Source: a virus. Taken from it: DNA of 45,379 bases. The translations under genes and the position numbers were made by a program. Of the stretch, positions 41,177 through 45,379 are shown piece by piece. The notes below the pieces were generated by a model that did no database searches, was not told the origin of the DNA, and was given only the letters and a program-made list of their open reading frames with translations. Where the stretch lies: the IMG/VR virus record IMGVR_UViG_3300020215_000016, positions 1-45,379 of that record; one strand, written 5' to 3'. The stretch's first letter is position 1; every line of letters starts with the position of its first letter.

Positions 41177-41257
41177 TCTTGCCGTGCCAGCCGCCCGACT
41201 GGCTTGCGATGCGCCTTGGATGCTGGGCGCTGCGGCTCCGCTGCTGATCGTTCTGAG

Positions 41258-41722
41258 ATGGATGGTGCGCTAGTGGCGGCCAAGCTCGGAAAGGATGGGC
41301 TGACGGTGAAGCAAAGGCTTTTGGTCAAGAGTCTAGCTGAAGGAAAGACGATGACCATGGCTGGGAAAGAGGCTGGCTATGGGAAGACCACGGACTCAGC
41401 CAGGGTCCAGGCGCACAAAGAACTTCAAAAACCTACGGTGGCCGCTGCTCTTGAGGCGGCCCTAGATCGTGCCGGGGCCAGTCTGGATGCCTCCGCAAAG
41501 GTTATAGCCGAGGCCCACGAAGCCACCAAGCTTCAGTCTGTCGGCTTCAAGACGCATACCGTAGTCGATCACAAGACGCGCCTGTCGGCCGCGGAGTTGA
41601 ACCTGAGAGCCCGCAAGGCCGTCGGACCTGCCGCTGAGGCGGGCGCTGCGCCGTCGGTCAACCTCATCGCCCTGGTGCAGATGGTGAAGCAGTCGGCCGA
41701 GGAGCGGGGGTTGCCGCTGTGA
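41258..41722 (+). CDS. terS: Terminase small subunit
   Basis: LTVKQRLLVKSLAEGKTMTMAGKEAGYGKTTDSARVQAHKELQKPTV fits the Terminase_2 N-terminal HTH pattern. The gene lies upstream of terL. Confidence 0.7.
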   Translation: MDGALVAAKLGKDGLTVKQRLLVKSLAEGKTMTMAGKEAGYGKTTDSARVQAHKELQKPTVAAALEAALDRAGASLDASAKVIAEAHEATKLQSVGFKTHTVVDHKTRLSAAELNLRARKAVGPAAEAGAAPSVNLIALVQMVKQSAEERGLPL

Positions 41723-41871
41723 TTACCATCACCGGGCCTATCGCCCTAAGGTTTGGAAGCCTCCAGGAATTTCAAGCATACGTTGTTGGTGGCGGGAAGA
41801 TTTACGTCGAGATATTCAATCCAGTCCTTCACAAGGACCCCGCTTTGCTTGTGTTGGGGAGGGCTGAGTGA
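41719..41871 (+). CDS. 50-aa hypothetical protein
   Basis: GTGA overlaps at both ends. Confidence 0.35.
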   Translation: MITITGPIALRFGSLQEFQAYVVGGGKIYVEIFNPVLHKDPALLVLGRAE

Positions 41872-42149
41872 TCACTGTTCGGGACGTTCGCTTCAACGGC
41901 CAGCCCAAGGGAAACTTTCTGACCTACGTCAGCGCGGTCGTCAATGACTGCCTGGTTCTCTCCCAGATGCGCCTGGTGGTGTCGAGGCAAGACGCCCTGC
42001 GGCCCATCCTCGCCATGCCATGCCGTCAGAATGCGGACGGCGCGTGGGTTGAGATATATCACCCGATCACAAAAGAGGCCCGCCAAGTCCTAGAGGCCGA
42101 GGTCTTCCGGCAGTACGAGACACACCTAAAGCTCAAGGTGAAGCCGTGA
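41868..42149 (+). CDS. spoVG: SpoVG-like nucleic-acid-binding protein
   Basis: ITVRDVRF...FLTYVSAVVNDCLVLSQMRLV...ILAMPCRQNADGAWVEIYHPITKEARQVLEAEVFRQY aligns by eye with the SpoVG pattern. Confidence 0.65.
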   Translation: MITVRDVRFNGQPKGNFLTYVSAVVNDCLVLSQMRLVVSRQDALRPILAMPCRQNADGAWVEIYHPITKEARQVLEAEVFRQYETHLKLKVKP

Positions 42150-43726
42150 CCGACGCCGAGATAGCCCAGAAGCTATTGGAGCCGCGGTACTTCATCGAGC
42201 GCAGCTTCTCAATCGTAGACCAGTCGAGCCGCGAAGTGCCGTTCCTGCTCAACCCGCTTCAGTCGGACTACCACGCCAACCGCACCGAGAAGGACATCAT
42301 CCTTAAGCCCCGCAAGGCCGGCTTCTCCTCTTTCATCCTGGCCGAATTTCTGCACGCCTGCATGACGCGGATGAACACTCGTGCCGTGGTCCTCTCGCAT
42401 GAGGAGGGCGCCACCAAGCGTCTATTCCGGCGCGTGAAGGCTTACCTGGATAGCGCCCGGCTCAAGGTCCGCGTCAGCAAGGAGTCGGAGTCCGAGTACC
42501 AGTTCCCAGACACTAAGTCCTGGTTTTACATCGGCACGGCCGGTAGCAAGTCTTTTGGCCGCGGGGATGACATCACTCACGGCCACCTGTCCGAGTCCGC
42601 CCACTACGACAATCGCGACGTGGTGACGAACATCCAAGAGGCCTTGATCAAGGGCGCGCCGACCCGACTGATTCAAGAGTCCACGGCCAAGGGCGCTGGC
42701 ACCAAGTTCCATGAAGCCTGGCTCAAGGCCATCAACGGGACGTCCAACTGGCGGCCCCACTTCTACGGCTGGCACCAAGACCCAATGAACCGCATTCCCG
42801 GATCTAAGCCGTTCCTGCTGACGGATGAAGAGCGCGGCTTGCGTGACGCTCTGACGCTGGACTGGGACCAGCTGGCTTGGCGGCGGGACAAGATCGCCAA
42901 CATGGAAGACCCCTCACTCTTCCCCCAGGAGTACCCGGCGACGTGGGAGGAGGCGTTCCTTGCGGCTGGCGGGATGGTCTTTGACTGGACCGCCATCAAG
43001 CGCCACGATGACGACCGCCGCGAGGCGAAGTGGACCGGGCACATCTTGGATAAGGGCGGCAGCATCGCCATTGAACCGGACAAGAGGGGGCCGCTCACGG
43101 TCTATCTGACGCCGTCCCCCAAGGCCCGCTATCTCCTCGTCGCCGACTCCTCCCAGGGCATCCAGGGCAAGGACTACAGCGTGGCCGACGTCTACGACAT
43201 TAAGACCTGGGAGCAGGTGGCCCAGTGGCGCGGGTACGCCGATCCGCTGGCCTTCTCGGGCATTTGTATGCGCCTGGGAGCGTATTACGGCTGGGCTCTG
43301 ATTGCGGGAGAGAACAACTACCCCGGAAACGCCGTCCTCCAAGCCATCGCCGAGGCTGGCTACCCAAACATCTGGGACGAGCCCGAGGAATCCGGAGATG
43401 AGCTCGGCTGGAAGACCACGGAGAAGTCCAAGAGCCAGTTTATCGCCGATGGCCGGGAGTGCCTGCGGGACGGTTCGGCGAAGGTCAACAGCGTGGCGAC
43501 CTTAAACGAGATGCGGACCTTTGTCCTTCACGACAACGGGAAGATGGCCGCTCAACAGGGCTGCCATGACGACACGATCATAACTTACAGCAAAGCGACC
43601 AATCTCCTCAAGCGCCTGCATATCGAGCCTGAGACCCGCCGGGAGTCATTCCGCGAGATCATGGGCTTTAGGAAGGTCGGGCGTGGTGGGGCGGCGGGTG
43701 GAGTCTACAGCACGGGGGTAGTCTAA
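42146..43726 (+). CDS. terL: Terminase large subunit
   Basis: 526 aa. ILKPRKAGFSSFILAEF matches the (KARQxGxS-type) ATPase motif. A nuclease-domain-sized C-terminal half follows. Confidence 0.85.
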   Translation: MTDAEIAQKLLEPRYFIERSFSIVDQSSREVPFLLNPLQSDYHANRTEKDIILKPRKAGFSSFILAEFLHACMTRMNTRAVVLSHEEGATKRLFRRVKAYLDSARLKVRVSKESESEYQFPDTKSWFYIGTAGSKSFGRGDDITHGHLSESAHYDNRDVVTNIQEALIKGAPTRLIQESTAKGAGTKFHEAWLKAINGTSNWRPHFYGWHQDPMNRIPGSKPFLLTDEERGLRDALTLDWDQLAWRRDKIANMEDPSLFPQEYPATWEEAFLAAGGMVFDWTAIKRHDDDRREAKWTGHILDKGGSIAIEPDKRGPLTVYLTPSPKARYLLVADSSQGIQGKDYSVADVYDIKTWEQVAQWRGYADPLAFSGICMRLGAYYGWALIAGENNYPGNAVLQAIAEAGYPNIWDEPEESGDELGWKTTEKSKSQFIADGRECLRDGSAKVNSVATLNEMRTFVLHDNGKMAAQQGCHDDTIITYSKATNLLKRLHIEPETRRESFREIMGFRKVGRGGAAGGVYSTGVV

Positions 43727-44046
43727 TGCGACAAAGCACGGCGCGGGTACAGAACCCGGCCAACATCGAGCCTAAGAAGGGTTACGTCGTCGTCGAGCGA
43801 AAGCCCGAGCCCGCAACCAAGAGCGGCATCATCATGCCAGACGGCTACAGCCGCAGGAAGGTCAAGGAGGGCGTTCTGTTCTCCTCCGGTGGCGGCGTCC
43901 CGGACCTGCAAGACAGCCACATCGGCTGCGAGGTCATGCTCCACGGCCACGCTCAGCCGCTTTACACATGCGAGTGGGAAGGCAGGCAATACGATTTGTT
44001 CCACGGCGAGGACATCATGGCCGTTGCGGAGGCCCATGGAGCCTGA
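43726..44046 (+). CDS. groES: GroES/Cpn10-like co-chaperonin
   Basis: IEPKKGYVVVERKPEPATKSGIIMPDG ... KEGVLFSSGGG ... GEDIMAVAEA aligns by eye along the whole length of GroES. Confidence 0.7.
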   Translation: MRQSTARVQNPANIEPKKGYVVVERKPEPATKSGIIMPDGYSRRKVKEGVLFSSGGGVPDLQDSHIGCEVMLHGHAQPLYTCEWEGRQYDLFHGEDIMAVAEAHGA

Positions 44047-44284
44047 CCAGAAGGAGAAGGCCCCCGAACCTGCGTATCGTTTTGACTGCCGCGAGGGCAT
44101 CGTCTCCATCGTTATGGACCTGTCGCGCCTAAGCCCCGCTTCGGCCGTAGGCCATTTGGACATGGCCAAAGACACGATCAAGGGGCTGTATCAGCAGGCG
44201 ATGGCCAAGCAGCAGGCCCAGAAGATCGTTATGCCCGGCGACAGCATCTTCAACAAGATGCGGAATTTCGTGAATTCAAAGTAG
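44036..44284 (+). CDS. Hypothetical protein
   Basis: 82 aa from MEPDQKEKAP. It overlaps the previous stop by 11 nt. Confidence 0.45.
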   Translation: MEPDQKEKAPEPAYRFDCREGIVSIVMDLSRLSPASAVGHLDMAKDTIKGLYQQAMAKQQAQKIVMPGDSIFNKMRNFVNSK

Positions 44285-44292
44285 GAGGACAA

Positions 44293-44517
44293 ATGGCTAA
44301 GAAGATCAAGGCTCCCGAGGCGCTGGCCGCGCCCGTGCTGCCCAAGAAGGTCCTGCCCAAGGCGTCGGACGCCGACCGCCTGGCCCGCCTGGAAGACCGC
44401 GTGAGCGAGTTGGAGATGGACAGCCTTCGCATGGCCGAGCTGTGCGGGAAGGTCTGGGGCGAGCCACTGGCCTCTGAGGCCATGAAGATCGTCAGCAAGA
44501 GGCAGAACCGTGGGTAA
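44293..44517 (+). CDS. Hypothetical protein
   Basis: RBS aggagg. 74 aa. Confidence 0.55.
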   Translation: MAKKIKAPEALAAPVLPKKVLPKASDADRLARLEDRVSELEMDSLRMAELCGKVWGEPLASEAMKIVSKRQNRG

Positions 44518-44668
44518 GAAGCCCGCCCTGTCTCTCGACGACTCGCTGCGCGTGGCCGCTGAAGCCCGCGCCCTGCTGTCCGCGCCCATCGGGCCGGTCG
44601 ATCAGGAGAAGGTCAAGGCCATTCTGGCCTCTGCCCTCGACTGCCTCAAGACGCTGGTCTGCGAATAG
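44510..44668 (+). CDS. 52-aa hypothetical protein
   Basis: GTG start that overlaps the previous gene by 8 nt. High GC3. Confidence 0.35.
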   Translation: MGKKPALSLDDSLRVAAEARALLSAPIGPVDQEKVKAILASALDCLKTLVCE

Positions 44669-44675
44669 GAGCCAT

Positions 44676-44801
44676 ATGGACCCCAAAGAGAAAGCCTTGC
44701 CGTACAAGGACCCCGCCGCCGTGATCGGTGCGACCCCGGACAACATGCCTGAGGGCGGTCTGAACCCGGGCAAAGAGATTCCGTCTCGGAAGTCGCCGTG
44801 A
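44676..44801 (+). CDS. 41-aa hypothetical protein
   Basis: RBS taggag. TGATG overlap downstream. Confidence 0.35.
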   Translation: MDPKEKALPYKDPAAVIGATPDNMPEGGLNPGKEIPSRKSP

Positions 44802-44944
44802 TGAAGAAAGGCGGTCGGTACGTCGCCCCTGAGGAAGGCGCTCCCGTTAAGGGTAGCGTCAACGCCCCCGGCGTGGCCTCTGAGTCGCCCCGGAAGGCTC
44901 TGCTGAAGCGAAAGGCGAAGAAGGTCAAGGCGGCCAAGAAGTGA
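44801..44944 (+). CDS. 47-aa very basic protein (MKKGGRYVAPEEGAP...KRKAKKVKAAKK)
   Basis: Coupled at both ends. Its N-terminus is paralogous to that of the next ORF. Confidence 0.4.
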   Translation: MKKGGRYVAPEEGAPVKGSVNAPGVASESPRKALLKRKAKKVKAAKK

Positions 44945-45174
44945 AGAAAGGCCGCTTCGTCGCCCTCGATGAGGAAGCCCCTGAGATGGCCATGCCATCG
45001 AAAGAGCCCTACTACCCGACCGCCCACTTGCCCAAGTCCATCCCTGGGCTTGAGAAGGTAGGCCAGACCGCTGTCGTTAAGATGCGGGTGCGGGTCTCTT
45101 CCATCGAGAAGCGAAAGGGACGCAACACCACCGGCCTAGAACTCCTCGGCATCGCCTGCGAGGACAATGGCTGA
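44941..45174 (+). CDS. Hypothetical protein (MKKGRFVALDEEAPE...)
   Basis: GTGA overlap. 77 aa. Confidence 0.55.
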   Translation: MKKGRFVALDEEAPEMAMPSKEPYYPTAHLPKSIPGLEKVGQTAVVKMRVRVSSIEKRKGRNTTGLELLGIACEDNG

Positions 45175-45379
45175 GGACCGCGACGTGGTGCGCTTCGACA
45201 AGCTCAGGGCCAATATCGGTGAACACTTCGCTGATTACGTCCTGGTCGTTCGAAGCACCCGCGGCGGTCGTCTTTGGGCGGCGAGTGACCGGACCTGGGC
45301 TATGGGGGCCGTCAGACGCATGGAGACGGCCCTGTGCGAGGCCGAGAGAGTAGACGAACGGGAACGCCTGAACCCGGGC
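45167..45379 (+). CDS. Hypothetical protein spanning the circular junction (continues to the TAA at 137-139)
   Basis: ATG at 45167 (ATGGCTGA overlap). The frame continues through the repeat and stops at 137-139, giving TAATG coupling to the portal gene. 74 aa in total. Confidence 0.5.
   Translation, partial: MAEDRDVVRFDKLRANIGEHFADYVLVVRSTRGGRLWAASDRTWAMGAVRRMETALCEAERVDERERLNPG
45253..45379. repeat. Terminal direct repeat, right copy (identical to 1..127)
   Basis: Exact 127-nt identity with the window start. Confidence 0.95.

Noticed and set aside
41076-41273. 65-aa ORF spanning the gap between the early genes and terS.
   Set aside because: It is composed of the 12-bp inverted repeat, the intrinsic terminator hairpin and its T-tract. 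The sequence is more plausibly regulatory RNA or DNA than coding.
1-45379. CRISPR arrays, reverse transcriptase/DGR or retron modules, transposases and rRNA genes.
   Set aside because: No spaced direct-repeat array, no RT-like ORF (no YxDD-type motif seen in any long ORF), no template/variable repeat pair near the fibre genes, and no IS-like inverted ends were found by eye. Weak or divergent elements could still be missed without computation.

Overview
The window is one complete, GC-rich (by eye about 60% G+C) temperate tailed-phage genome. Bases 1-127 are identical to 45253-45379, so the unit is a circularly closed or terminally redundant molecule of 45,252 bp. One small gene (start 45167) runs across the junction and ends at 139. 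Nearly all genes are on the + strand and are chained by ATGA/GTGA/TAATG start-stop overlaps. This coupling let me call many ORFs shorter than the 60-aa ORF track. Layout: (1) Packaging and head: terS 41258, SpoVG-like, terL 42146, GroES-like, small ORFs, portal 139, scaffold 2543, major capsid 5143. (2) A podovirus-like tail and ejection block (8606-16688). (3) Lysis genes (16688-18082) with an NlpC/P60 endolysin. (4) attP carrying a tRNA-Leu-like 3' fragment (18183-18233). (5) A leftward lysogeny arm: tyrosine integrase, four small membrane or secreted proteins, and an RHH protein. (6) An early switch region (21186-22216). (7) A recombination module: annealing protein, PD-(D/E)XK exonuclease, NinG. 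(8) Methylase and anti-restriction genes. (9) A second early operon of about 45 tiny, often Cys-rich ORFs, with two HNH endonuclease islands and a DUF4373/DnaD-like replication organiser that contains iterons. (10) A promoter-leader-terminator unit directly upstream of terS. The most unusual observations are: (a) A cytosine-5 methyltransferase locus (29880-31033) in which two overlapping frames stay open for 1.15 kb and the conserved motifs alternate between them. (b) A 745-bp hairpin-dense, poorly coding insert plus GGCAnGGC repeat clusters between the annealing protein and exonuclease genes. (c) Eight virion-module proteins that begin with Sec or lipoprotein signal peptides. (d) An HsdM-like protein that lacks the catalytic NPPF motif. 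(e) An 11-mer, CCACGCCAATG, present three times, each ending in a candidate start codon. All functional calls rest on motif recognition by eye. No database search was possible.
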